NCBI GenBank assembly: GCA_019056785.1
Contig: DXJV01000001.1
Span: forward strand, 1 to 64,000
Reading direction: 5' to 3'
Source of the DNA: Candidatus Heimdallarchaeota archaeon
Lineage (GTDB): Archaea; Asgardarchaeota; Heimdallarchaeia; JABLTI01
Length of the DNA stretch: 64,000 nucleotides
Shown: piece after piece, positions 48,701 to 57,126 of the stretch
Layout of the letters: every line of letters starts with the position of its first letter
Numbering within the stretch: the stretch's first letter is position 1
Position numbers and translations under genes: made by a program
Notes under the pieces: model-generated
What the model saw: only the letters and a program-made list of their open reading frames with translations
Told to the model about the DNA's origin: nothing
Database searches by the model: none

Positions 48701-48809
48701 CATTGCTCACCAAGAACATCTCCTCGAGTGGATAAAAGTCAAAGGCACCTGTCCGGTCTGCCAGCAAAAATTGAAGCTTGATGAGTTTTCTCCAATAACT
48801 CAAATATAG
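45789..48809 (+). CDS. Single-pass receptor-like protein: large ectodomain, TM, helical region, zinc ribbon and RING finger
   Basis: Signal peptide; IADLNYDSERELV; TM at about aa 661-684; CFNC..CPQC; CSVC..CPHC..H..H..EW..CPVC. Confidence 0.85.
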   Translation: MLRRKLQRYVIITSTILVILLVATITTYAFQKDQKLTNPQLVEDYSYTLIDNTSFNFSTIEFESINYNSSMTVVDVLSIDDSLTSPPNLIMVYGSKENTTGYQHGFIELYAVSQVGYQAALQKVAGFLDASLDNETVFQKGCYFINNINDLFFYMLKQKGPDYFIDILAYQNQHLELNASIPINSLLLEETWDFAVMDKEPDKLVNLFLVGQNQTTHKISLVEFQLNVTTTNMNYIQSFSWDFQGKTFVDLQTTLEADAAYFYLCSVGTSPALYTSMTVFSVQKTLESSLTLVSNNSYTYGGNSFRAYSTKFLSRANTGHKQLALFGTLIIDGVDSYPYCLILSYTNGVPTAAEGIQLEQTPSWCLTGFIADLNYDSERELVLFTYDFVYHQRSEFTLLSNTTKQELTSGLYSFSQVKSSALLTIEGLSISAILAKDSSQNDVLVFHKLGFTPFKLRANSELLQINALNSLLLESYGINGTPITVSNAITNFAVHGVVNLDTTITIMPSIITLEIPSVAHSSDLLQFSIDIFQNSFVIYSKTFYVSLGYVPKITVIAPGSPIAIRLNESKTEIFEFLVNNQLPVTLIGEISIISSQRTKTTQINCLPAEETEIGINFNFAKPVGTKQAVENLSILIKTQIGTFRFQYAVVVSTGLTIGYMDLTAITVTLLLITTIGYLAFVFAISRETEESLEAYYLLKEPKKLEFKRFEKQAQRHLLQKCLQNKNWQVGLELAKARYPEYVAKFLKFKADEQLLMAQKLLQNGEFIKGLSHLESAREALEMIRSKPIVELLDGFIIPLKKLLDAIEHMKGLEKVAMLKDAFQKLLRLRKKKEEEKKGEEEAFSLKEFPFYLIAKELAVAFKENGDLENALNFLQIAYQDAPNGKKNDIVLEITDLIRLGLKPKELTIPDDFEVIKERLKNKKIMCFNCGFKYFDSEPTCPQCGTGTVKCSVCKLPISFGSLTLECPHCHTIAHQEHLLEWIKVKGTCPVCQQKLKLDEFSPITQI

Positions 48810-48832
48810 AGACTTTCCAAAGGGGGACCATT

Positions 48833-48864
48833 GACTATCCCTCACAAATGCGTGGGGGATAGTC
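48833..48864. terminator. 13-bp GC-rich hairpin between convergent genes
   Basis: GACTATCCCTCAC-AAATGC-GTGGGGGATAGTC followed by a T-run. Confidence 0.5.
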
Positions 48865-48892
48865 GCTATTTTTTTATTTGAAACAATGGCGA

Positions 48893-49444
48893 TTAATTGA
48901 TTCGTTGAAGTAACAGGTCGCTGTAAGAATAGCTTTGGATTTCTTCTTTCTTAATGGCAAATTTTTCTATGAATGTTTGCACCTTTTCTTTAAGCTCAGC
49001 AAACTCATGGGGCGTTTCTGTCATAGCTTCAATTTCAATGAATGTCCCTAACCCCTCCACATTGTCCAGATTAAATTTAATATTTTGGATCCAGACAACT
49101 TCTCGAATTTTTTTTACTTCCACTAAGACTTCAAAAGCTGCTCGTAATACTTTCTCAAGTTTCGCTGGTGTGGCAGTGGGATAGAGTTCAAAATGACTTG
49201 GCCTAATCTCCTGGAGATCCTCTCGTTTGTAATATATCAAATAACTTTGTTTTGCTCCCTTGCGTAACTTTAACCGCCCTTTCGTTATTTTAAAATAAAT
49301 ATCCGTTTGCTCTTCTTGCCCTAGAAAAATTCCTCCTTCCTTTTCAAGAATAGCTTTTATCATAGAGAGGTCTTGGCATTTTGCTTTTATTTCAACAGTA
49401 AACATCTCTTCATCCTCAATCAATAAATACCTTCTCACTAACAA
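48893..49444 (-). CDS. cyaB: CYTH-domain protein (class IV adenylate cyclase-like)
   Basis: VEIK, Q.D.YF, RLKLR, V.K.R, D.V.GLG.FIEIE, SYSDLL; probable start is MFTVEIK. Confidence 0.85.
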   Translation of the reverse strand: MLVRRYLLIEDEEMFTVEIKAKCQDLSMIKAILEKEGGIFLGQEEQTDIYFKITKGRLKLRKGAKQSYLIYYKREDLQEIRPSHFELYPTATPAKLEKVLRAAFEVLVEVKKIREVVWIQNIKFNLDNVEGLGTFIEIEAMTETPHEFAELKEKVQTFIEKFAIKKEEIQSYSYSDLLLQRIN

Positions 49445-49510
49445 CTTCTTTAATTAAGAATGTACTGATTTGCTAAAGATTTTTATTAACAAATTTATTC
49501 TTATTTATCT

Positions 49511-50863
49511 ATGTTTTATTCCAGAGTTTTTTACCGTGGCCTTGTCGTTGCTCTTCTCTTTTTTCTCAGTTGTAATCCATTTAAAACTCAAGCGATCTCA
49601 CCAATAAGGGAAGTGACTGGCATTTTCAATCACCATGAAAATTTTCATCTCAATTTCGATGAAGGTTATGTGTGGTTTTGGGACGAATTTGCAAGTGCCG
49701 GAGGGGACGGGCCCGGGAATGACGTGGAGAATTGGGGCGGAAATTTGGGAGCATTTCATAATGCCTCTGAGATTTGGGCAAAACTTCATTCCTTAGAACA
49801 CCATTTTCCATCTATTATACAATTGGCAGATCTTGGCTTTAGTTACAATGGAAGACTTATACTACTTGTGATTATCACCGATGAAAGCGTTCAATCTTTC
49901 AAGAAAGAGGTTTTAATTGTAGCACATCACCATGGCCGTGAAGTAATTACTATTGAAAACTGTCTTTATTACATAGACAAATTGGTTTATGAGTTTCAGA
50001 ATAAAAATAGCACCATTCAGGAGTTGTTAGCTAAGAGAATAATCTATGTGATCCCTACTTTAAATCCAGATTCATTGGATATTGTTTATCGCTGGCCATA
50101 TGTTAGGAAAAATCTGCATCCTATTGATGAGGATGGTGATGGGATACGAGATGAAGAAGAAATCCTTTATAACTACGACTCGAGGGATAATGATACAACA
50201 ATAGGCGAAGATTTCCCGGGTGGAGTGGATTTGAATCGAAATTACCCCTTCCAATGGAATAACACCTCGGACAATAGTGCAGATCCGCATAGCTTTGTTT
50301 ATCGAGGTGCAAGCCCGTTTTCAGAGCCAGAGACAAGGGCTTTCGCAGAATTTGTAAGAAAGCATGACTTCCAATCAGCAACATCACTACATTCAGGGGT
50401 AGAATTAATACTCACACCATGGGCATATGACCCTCAAATAGACTGTCCTGATGAAGAAGTCTATATCAACCTGGCAGTAGAACTAACACGAGTGACAGGC
50501 ATCCCACATACAGACTTGTACCCAGCAATAGGAGAATGGGGAGATTGGATGTACGGAGCAAGGGGAATTGTTTCAGTTACAATAGAAACCTATAGACGAG
50601 AAAACGCAGCCTATGTTTGGGACTATTTCAACCCTCCGCCAAATAAAGTGCTTGCGGTGTCTGAAAGAGTATACCCAGGACTCTTGCTAATGACAAGCTA
50701 CACACGACAGGAACTGCAAATTGATCCATTGGAAAACATCACTAGAAGTAATACTTATTCTCCAACAGAGGAGACCAAACCGCCAAAAACAGCCCTTTTA
50801 GCCGGACTTTTGGGAAGCTGGATTGTTAGTATTGTCATCAGAAAAAAGGTGAAAAAATTATAG
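49511..50863 (+). CDS. M14 zinc carboxypeptidase, membrane anchored
   Basis: HGRE, NPD, RKN, GVDLNRN, FSEPET, SLHS, TIE. Confidence 0.92.
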   Translation: MFYSRVFYRGLVVALLFFLSCNPFKTQAISPIREVTGIFNHHENFHLNFDEGYVWFWDEFASAGGDGPGNDVENWGGNLGAFHNASEIWAKLHSLEHHFPSIIQLADLGFSYNGRLILLVIITDESVQSFKKEVLIVAHHHGREVITIENCLYYIDKLVYEFQNKNSTIQELLAKRIIYVIPTLNPDSLDIVYRWPYVRKNLHPIDEDGDGIRDEEEILYNYDSRDNDTTIGEDFPGGVDLNRNYPFQWNNTSDNSADPHSFVYRGASPFSEPETRAFAEFVRKHDFQSATSLHSGVELILTPWAYDPQIDCPDEEVYINLAVELTRVTGIPHTDLYPAIGEWGDWMYGARGIVSVTIETYRRENAAYVWDYFNPPPNKVLAVSERVYPGLLLMTSYTRQELQIDPLENITRSNTYSPTEETKPPKTALLAGLLGSWIVSIVIRKKVKKL

Positions 50864-50891
50864 AAAAGGTAATTTTTTTCCATTCGAAATT

Positions 50892-50985
50892 AAAAACGCG
50901 AGGCATTCTATTAAGAAGCCCCGCGTTGAAACAGGAGACAGTCAATATTCAAAATGGCGTGCTATATGGCATTAATGCACGCTAA
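50892..50985 (-). ncRNA. Candidate small RNA (about 95 nt)
   Basis: TTTATAT box about 25 nt upstream; 5' stem GCGTGC/GCACGC; 3' stem AACGCGGGGC/GCCTCGCGTT plus a short U-run. Confidence 0.4.
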
Positions 50986-51147
50986 TTAATTTTACTCTTC
51001 CATAAAATATAAACTTATTCTTACAACCGTTTTTTATTTATTTAAACAACTTTCTTACTTTTTTACCTCTTTTTTGCATTTTTTCTTGGTTCATCTGTTT
51101 TTTTTTAGTGAGAGGTATCCTCTTTTTTTTATTTTCGAGTCGGTGTT

Positions 51148-51369
51148 TTAGTGTAAAAGATCAGGTAGGTCGCCTACTTTTTTCAAAAGAAAATACGTTC
51201 CAAAAAATATTCCTACGCCAATTCCAATGGCTATCAAGACTCCCAGAATGCTGATGAATCTATCCACAAAGAAAAGTGCTATGAAGCCTATGAACACGAG
51301 TGTGATAACAATCGAAAAAGCGCTTTTTTTACTTTTAGCTGTCTTGTTTCCAAAAAACTTTAGCTTCAA
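51148..51369 (-). CDS. Small 2-TM membrane protein
   Basis: 73 aa; basic N-terminus and two hydrophobic helices. Confidence 0.6.
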   Translation of the reverse strand: MKLKFFGNKTAKSKKSAFSIVITLVFIGFIALFFVDRFISILGVLIAIGIGVGIFFGTYFLLKKVGDLPDLLH

Positions 51370-51522
51370 ACAGAGGTTCTCCAGTTTTGTTTGCTACAAG
51401 TCAATAGCATTATTCTTTGATTAAAAGGATTTTCTCCAACAAAAACGTTTTCATTACAATATCTTTTTAATATTGTTCTCAAACATTTGTCTTAGAGTTC
51501 CTTATTTGAAAGAGGTATCCCA

Positions 51523-52566
51523 ATGAGCGACTTAAAAACGAATGCTTTAAAAGAATTGGTTTCAACCCCCAAGGATTTGAACAAACTAATTCTCTATGAA
51601 GCTAATCTCAAAAAGGCTTATTTATTATTACTTTTTGACTGTCGCACTTCTCTTCTTAATAGTTTGCAAGGCGGTGGGCTTTCCCCTCGAATTGATCGTC
51701 TTTTGCGCCAATTAAAAACCAGGCTTGATTCCTTAATTGACCGGGCCCGTTATGATGAATTGCGTTTTCGTCCAGGAACAGCCGCTTCCGTTCGAAAAAC
51801 AACTGCGAATAATTGTCTGCTCTATAATTTCATCATTTTCAGTCGTGCTTGGGATTTGAAAGATTATTTAAAGGAATTTGATTCACTTCTTCTTTTTAGT
51901 GAAGAGGCGCAAACTCTTGATAAAGCAAAATCCATTTTACGTATTATTACTGATATTGATGATTTGCTCTCCAATAAAGAGAACGTTAAAACCAACATTC
52001 AATCAACAGAAGAGGTGGCTAATTCCCTGTACGAACGTTTTAACCGTGAATTAGAACTAGCTGAAACTGCTGGTGCGCTTAAAGGAATTATTAAATTAGA
52101 GAAGCCCAAGTTATTAGGGAAATCGAAATATTTCAAGCAGTTGGGAAGTTTAATCTTGAAAGTGGCTTTTTCTTTTGGCATAGAACATGCAGAGGAGCCC
52201 ATTTCTCTCATTGCCCTGACAACTCGCTTAAACGACACCTACCCTCGGGTTCGAGCTGAGCCAAAAGATATTTTTAAAGCAGTAGAAAGCCTTGCTGAGA
52301 ATGGCTTTCTCTATTTAACGAAAGACGAACATGATGTCTATTGGATCTCCTTAAAACCATCTGAAAGCGAAGCAAATGTCATTCTTTCTTTAGCTGAGAA
52401 GAAAGGGTCCTTAACACTCGAGGAAGTAGTCCGGGAAACGAATTGGTCATTAAAGAAGGCTAAGAGCGAATTAGATAAATTTGTCACAGCTGGTTGCGCT
52501 ATTAAGGATGATAACTACTCTTCTGGCCTTATTTATTACTTCCCAGCATTGCAAAACGAAGAGTGA
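51523..52566 (+). CDS. EAP30-domain (ESCRT-II Vps22/Vps36-like) protein with N-terminal helical extension
   Basis: YF.QLG..I, ISL..L...L, DI.KAV..L, IL.LA...G.LT..V.....W....A...L......G....D......YYFP match tandem winged helices. Confidence 0.72.
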   Translation: MSDLKTNALKELVSTPKDLNKLILYEANLKKAYLLLLFDCRTSLLNSLQGGGLSPRIDRLLRQLKTRLDSLIDRARYDELRFRPGTAASVRKTTANNCLLYNFIIFSRAWDLKDYLKEFDSLLLFSEEAQTLDKAKSILRIITDIDDLLSNKENVKTNIQSTEEVANSLYERFNRELELAETAGALKGIIKLEKPKLLGKSKYFKQLGSLILKVAFSFGIEHAEEPISLIALTTRLNDTYPRVRAEPKDIFKAVESLAENGFLYLTKDEHDVYWISLKPSESEANVILSLAEKKGSLTLEEVVRETNWSLKKAKSELDKFVTAGCAIKDDNYSSGLIYYFPALQNEE

Positions 52567-52574
52567 TTATTGAG

Positions 52575-55109
52575 TTACTGATACTTCACCTCAAGTTCGA
52601 GCGGGAAATCAGGATTTGGAATCATAATCGTAAAGCCTTTTTTCTCCTCTAAGTTCTTCCATGATAATTGTTGATTCTCACTTATCTTTTTGACCAGTCT
52701 ATCATTCACTTTAATTTCTTTGGGAATTTTCTCTGTAATAACAACAATCTGGAGTTCATTATTGGTTGTGGGAAGGCCTTCCAATTTCCCATCTTTGAAA
52801 ATTTCGAGAGCAAGTTTTCGTGGCTCCGTAGCTCCACGAATCAGTAAGTGTGTGTAGTTGCCTTTCTCGAACGCTTTGGTTATACCATCATCAAGATAAA
52901 CTTCCCCCGAAATTTCAGATGCAGGATAAACGTATAAGCTGAGAGGATGTTCTGAAGTTTTTTCAACAAATGGGACGGCTGATCCCATTGGAAGCACTGC
53001 TCCTTTTCGAACAAATAGCGGCACAGTTTCAAGTGGAACTTCTCTTACAAGTATTTGTCCTCCTTGAAATTCTTCTGCGCTCCAGAAGTCTATCCATTGG
53101 GTGCCTTTTGGCAAGTATATTTCTCGTGTAGCCAACTTTCCATTGTTGCCACTGGCAGTTAAAATGGGTGCTATTAACAAGTTAGAACCCACGAAAAATT
53201 GAGAATTATGCCATTTAGCATTCAATGTTTCTTTATCTTTGGGGAATTCCATGAACAAAGGGCGTATCATTGGTAGTCCTGTTGTAGAAGCTTTCCAAAG
53301 GAGCGTATAAAGATAGGGAAGCAGTTGATATCTTAACTCGAGGGTTTTTCTAATGATCGTTTCATACTTCTCACCAAAGACCCATGGCTCTTGAAAAGCA
53401 GTTCCTTTTGCTGAATGGTTTCGACAGAAGGGGTAGAAAATCCCTAATTGATACCAACGTGTGAGAAGTTCTGGCGTAGTATCAAAAGCAAATCCTCCAA
53501 GATCAGCGGCAACAAAGGGTTGTCCTGTTATGCCCATGTTCAAAATCATGGGAATGGATTGCCGAAGCGAACTCCAGCGGCTAGCATTATCGCCCGTCCA
53601 TGTAGCAGCATAACGTTGTATTCCACTATAAGCTGTTCGAGCAAAAATAAAGGTTCTTTGTTCACCTCGCAGTTTATCGAGCCCTTCGCGTGTTGCCTTT
53701 GCAAACATATTGCCATATGCATTATGGACCTTCCGATTTGGAATCTTTTTTCCGTTAATCGTGTGGAGCACATTGCTTGGGAAGGTTCTCCGCACAGAAA
53801 AGATGGATGGTTCTGCCATATCTAGCCAGAAACCTTCTACGCCAACATCTAAATAACTTTGATAGAGCGCTCCCCACCATTCCCGAACTTTTGGGTCGAA
53901 AAAGTCAGGGAAGATGCAATTACCCGGCCAAACCTCACCAATAAAAGGTTCACCAGAAGGCAATGAACAATAATATTTGTTTTCAAGGCATTCTTGGTAG
54001 ATCTGCCAATCTGGGTCAACTTTCAAACCAGGGTCAGTCATTACAATCGTTTTAAAACCTGCATTTCGCAAGTCCTGTAGTAGTTTGGCCAGTTGAGGAA
54101 AACGCGTTGAATCCCAAGTAAAAACACGATAGCCATTCATATAATCAATATCAAGATGAATGCTGTCGCAAGGGATTCGCCGTTCTCTGAATTCTCTCGC
54201 TAATTCTCGAACCTTGTTTTCGGGGTAATAACTCCAACGACACTGGTGATAGCCTAATACCCAGCGTGGTGGGAAAGGCAAGAGGCCATTTAATTGCGCT
54301 ATTTGTTTGGAGAGATCTTTTAAGGTTGGGCCGGTGAAAATATAATAACATAAAGGCTCGTTTTCGGTAAAATAAGAAACGGTTCCATCTTCCAATTTCG
54401 ATAGTTGTATTATTGAAAAGCCTGGATTGTCATAAAAAATCGCATAAGCTTTCCCATTCTCTTTAATAGAAATTTGAAATGGCTCGTTTTGATAGAGCGG
54501 GTCTTCTTTTGTGTCATAGCCAGTAGGGTCGATGTTCCAAAAAAGCATCTTTTCCTTATTTTTCAACAGTTTGCCGGTCTTTTCACCGAAGCCTAAATGA
54601 TATTCGAAAGATGCACCAGTCTTAATAATTCGCCCCCAGGAACCTTTCTTGCTCCAAGAAATAGGTTGTTTATCTTTTGTGAGAATAGAGCCATCTACGC
54701 ACTCAAAGCTGATAATTGAATCTCTTTCTTGTACTTTAATAACAATTTCTTCTCTTGTTGAAACATTTTTATCTTGCTTAATTTGCAGCAAGCCATATTG
54801 TTTGCTTAATTTCAACTGTAAACTGCTCTTTGGCTCCTCTGCAGCGAAAGAGATGTGCTCTTCCGGTAGTCTTTCTTTAGACGCCCGAACACGCCAAATG
54901 GTGGAAGTAATGATTTTGATCTCTAAAAAGCCGCGCTCACATTCGATGAGTACTCTATCTCCAAGGCTTTTCGAAGAAACGATTCCGCCGATAGATGTCC
55001 ATCGTAGGGGCTTTCTCTTATAATTCAGAATTGGAACCGTTATATTTAGAATTCCTCGAATAATCCTCGCATTAAGCTGACTCGCGAAAGTTGTTCGATC
55101 TTTTGCCAT
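52575..55109 (-). CDS. GH31 alpha-glucosidase
   Basis: GFGEK, GYHQCRWSY, LDIDYM, WLDMAEP, WTGDN, PFCRNH. Confidence 0.93.
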   Translation of the reverse strand: MAKDRTTFASQLNARIIRGILNITVPILNYKRKPLRWTSIGGIVSSKSLGDRVLIECERGFLEIKIITSTIWRVRASKERLPEEHISFAAEEPKSSLQLKLSKQYGLLQIKQDKNVSTREEIVIKVQERDSIISFECVDGSILTKDKQPISWSKKGSWGRIIKTGASFEYHLGFGEKTGKLLKNKEKMLFWNIDPTGYDTKEDPLYQNEPFQISIKENGKAYAIFYDNPGFSIIQLSKLEDGTVSYFTENEPLCYYIFTGPTLKDLSKQIAQLNGLLPFPPRWVLGYHQCRWSYYPENKVRELAREFRERRIPCDSIHLDIDYMNGYRVFTWDSTRFPQLAKLLQDLRNAGFKTIVMTDPGLKVDPDWQIYQECLENKYYCSLPSGEPFIGEVWPGNCIFPDFFDPKVREWWGALYQSYLDVGVEGFWLDMAEPSIFSVRRTFPSNVLHTINGKKIPNRKVHNAYGNMFAKATREGLDKLRGEQRTFIFARTAYSGIQRYAATWTGDNASRWSSLRQSIPMILNMGITGQPFVAADLGGFAFDTTPELLTRWYQLGIFYPFCRNHSAKGTAFQEPWVFGEKYETIIRKTLELRYQLLPYLYTLLWKASTTGLPMIRPLFMEFPKDKETLNAKWHNSQFFVGSNLLIAPILTASGNNGKLATREIYLPKGTQWIDFWSAEEFQGGQILVREVPLETVPLFVRKGAVLPMGSAVPFVEKTSEHPLSLYVYPASEISGEVYLDDGITKAFEKGNYTHLLIRGATEPRKLALEIFKDGKLEGLPTTNNELQIVVITEKIPKEIKVNDRLVKKISENQQLSWKNLEEKKGFTIMIPNPDFPLELEVKYQ

Positions 55110-55203
55110 GTGAATCCTAATTGTGCCTATGTTTTAAATTTATTTTTACAAAGGAAAAATTTTTCTTCCCTTCCTCTTTCTTCTTAGAAACCTTTTTTTT
55201 CAC

Positions 55204-56076
55204 TTGGTAGCAATATTACAAATATTTAGAAAGACTCGAGTGGAAAAGATGGAAGAAAAAGATTACTATTTGCGGGAATTGTCATTAAACGATTGGGAAA
55301 AATTCCATGAGATGGATAAATTAATTTTTCAGGAGGATTTTCTTCGTGAGGAAGGTTTCCGGCGAAGTTTAATGGGGTTAAAAAGTCTAATAGTGGTTGC
55401 AGTTGAAAAGGAGACCAAAAATTTTATTGGTTATTACAGAATCGCCATTTACGGAAGAGAGGGACACATTCAGACAATTGGGGTTCATCCTGATTATCGT
55501 CGGAAAGGCGTGGGCTCACACTTACTCGAGAGAAGTATTTATCAATTAGAAAAAAGTGGTTGCATAAATTATTTCCTTTATGTCCAGACAAATAATACAC
55601 CTGCAATTAATCTCTATAAGAAATATGGTTTTCAGGAGGAAACAAAAAGTTGGCAATTTGTTGTTCCTTTTGATCGGTTACCAAATAAACCTCGCGGAAA
55701 ATGCCGCCATGTTGAATGGGGTGAAATTCAACTCCTCTCTTTGCGCTTTAATGTTAATCCCCTACAAATCCAACAGTATTTTGGAAAAAAAGAACAATAT
55801 GTTCTTGTATATGAAATGTTGGGGCAACAGCTGGGGTTCGCAAGATTCAATCCTGCTTTTCCTGGAGCTTTTCCTTTCATCTTAAAGGACTCCAATTACT
55901 TCTTAGATATGGTTGCTATTCTTAAAAGTTATATCAGTCAAAAGAATTTCACAGAAATGAAAATAACTTTTGAGAATCAAGGTAGATTGGTAAATTATCT
56001 AAAAGAACAGAAAATTCCGCTAAATTACTCTCTCCTTAAAATGCGAAAAGAGAAAGATGATAATTCAACAAAATAG
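55204..56076 (+). CDS. GNAT acetyltransferase (RimI-like N-terminal domain)
   Basis: IGVHPDYRRKGVG, N.PAINLYKKYGF; probable start is MEEKD. Confidence 0.88.
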   Translation: MVAILQIFRKTRVEKMEEKDYYLRELSLNDWEKFHEMDKLIFQEDFLREEGFRRSLMGLKSLIVVAVEKETKNFIGYYRIAIYGREGHIQTIGVHPDYRRKGVGSHLLERSIYQLEKSGCINYFLYVQTNNTPAINLYKKYGFQEETKSWQFVVPFDRLPNKPRGKCRHVEWGEIQLLSLRFNVNPLQIQQYFGKKEQYVLVYEMLGQQLGFARFNPAFPGAFPFILKDSNYFLDMVAILKSYISQKNFTEMKITFENQGRLVNYLKEQKIPLNYSLLKMRKEKDDNSTK

Positions 56077-56178
56077 TGACAACATCGATTTTACTAATGA
56101 ATTCTATTTTCAAATGTAAAGGGCCGTTTAAAACTATAAAAGGCCATTCGAAGTAAATAGTAAGTATAAACTGTACCG

Positions 56179-56718
56179 GTGGCTCCTCTTACAATGAACA
56201 TTCTAATAACCGGTTATCCCCGGACAGGGAAAACAACCCTAATTAAAAAACTTCTCGAGAAACTAGAAGTAACACGCGCGGGTTTTTATACCGAGGAGCT
56301 GTGTAAAAATAACAGACAACGAGTTGGTTTTCAAATTAAAACAATTAAAACAAAACAAACAGGACTATTGGCACATGTAGCCATAAAGTCAAATTGGCAG
56401 GTGGGAAGATATTATGTTCAATTGCCAGAGTTTGAGCGATTGGTTATCCCAGAACTCCAAATTGCTGCAGATGTTATTGTTATAGATGAAATCGGCAAGA
56501 TGGAATTGTTCTCAGAGCCTTTCAGAGAACAGTTGCTTAAAAATTTGGCAAAAGGAAATGTCTTAGCAACAATAACCAAGAAAGGTGGCGGAAAGTTCGT
56601 CCAACAAATAAAAGAACGATCAGATGTTCAATTATTGGAGATCACAATCAAAAATAGAGATGCACTCCTCCCTCTCATCTTAAAGATGTTGTACAAAGGA
56701 CGGAAAAATAATGATTGA
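56179..56718 (+). CDS. NTPase_1 (THEP1) family nucleoside-triphosphatase
   Basis: TGYPRTGKTT, GFYTEE, R.GF, VGRY.V, IDEIGKMEL. Confidence 0.92.
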   Translation: MAPLTMNILITGYPRTGKTTLIKKLLEKLEVTRAGFYTEELCKNNRQRVGFQIKTIKTKQTGLLAHVAIKSNWQVGRYYVQLPEFERLVIPELQIAADVIVIDEIGKMELFSEPFREQLLKNLAKGNVLATITKKGGGKFVQQIKERSDVQLLEITIKNRDALLPLILKMLYKGRKNND

Positions 56719-57067
56719 GAAAAAGAACACCAATGAACTTTTAGGAGAGTTAAAAGAAAGTCAAGATGGTACACTTGTTGTGGAACTGGCACAAAATGCT
56801 TCCTATTCAATTGCTTATGGAACACTTGAACCAAAACAAGGAAATAAACGACATCGCTTGAGCTCTTCAGAAACCTATTTCTTCCTCGAGGGTGAAGGTA
56901 TTTTAATATTTGACGATCAAAAAATTCCAGTTCAGAAAAACATGCTTGTTACTGTCCCTGAAAATTGCAGCCAAAAATTAGTCAATACTTCTGAAAAAAA
57001 GTTGACCTTTTTAATGATCGTTTCACCGCCTTATAATGTCAGCCAAGAATGGATCGAAGAAGATTAG
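56711..57067 (+). CDS. Cupin-domain protein
   Basis: H.L...ETYFFLEGEG..V..VP....Q.L.N..L.FL.IVSPP. Confidence 0.85.
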   Translation: MIEKKNTNELLGELKESQDGTLVVELAQNASYSIAYGTLEPKQGNKRHRLSSSETYFFLEGEGILIFDDQKIPVQKNMLVTVPENCSQKLVNTSEKKLTFLMIVSPPYNVSQEWIEED

Positions 57068-57126
57068 CAAGTATTGAAAAATTATTTATATTATACCGAA
57101 GCGAGCTCTCTTATCTAAACACTTGA

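Noticed and set aside
48831-48864. IS200/IS605-type end or MITE
   Set aside because: It is a single hairpin with no second copy or transposase in the window; a terminator-like role between convergent genes is simpler.
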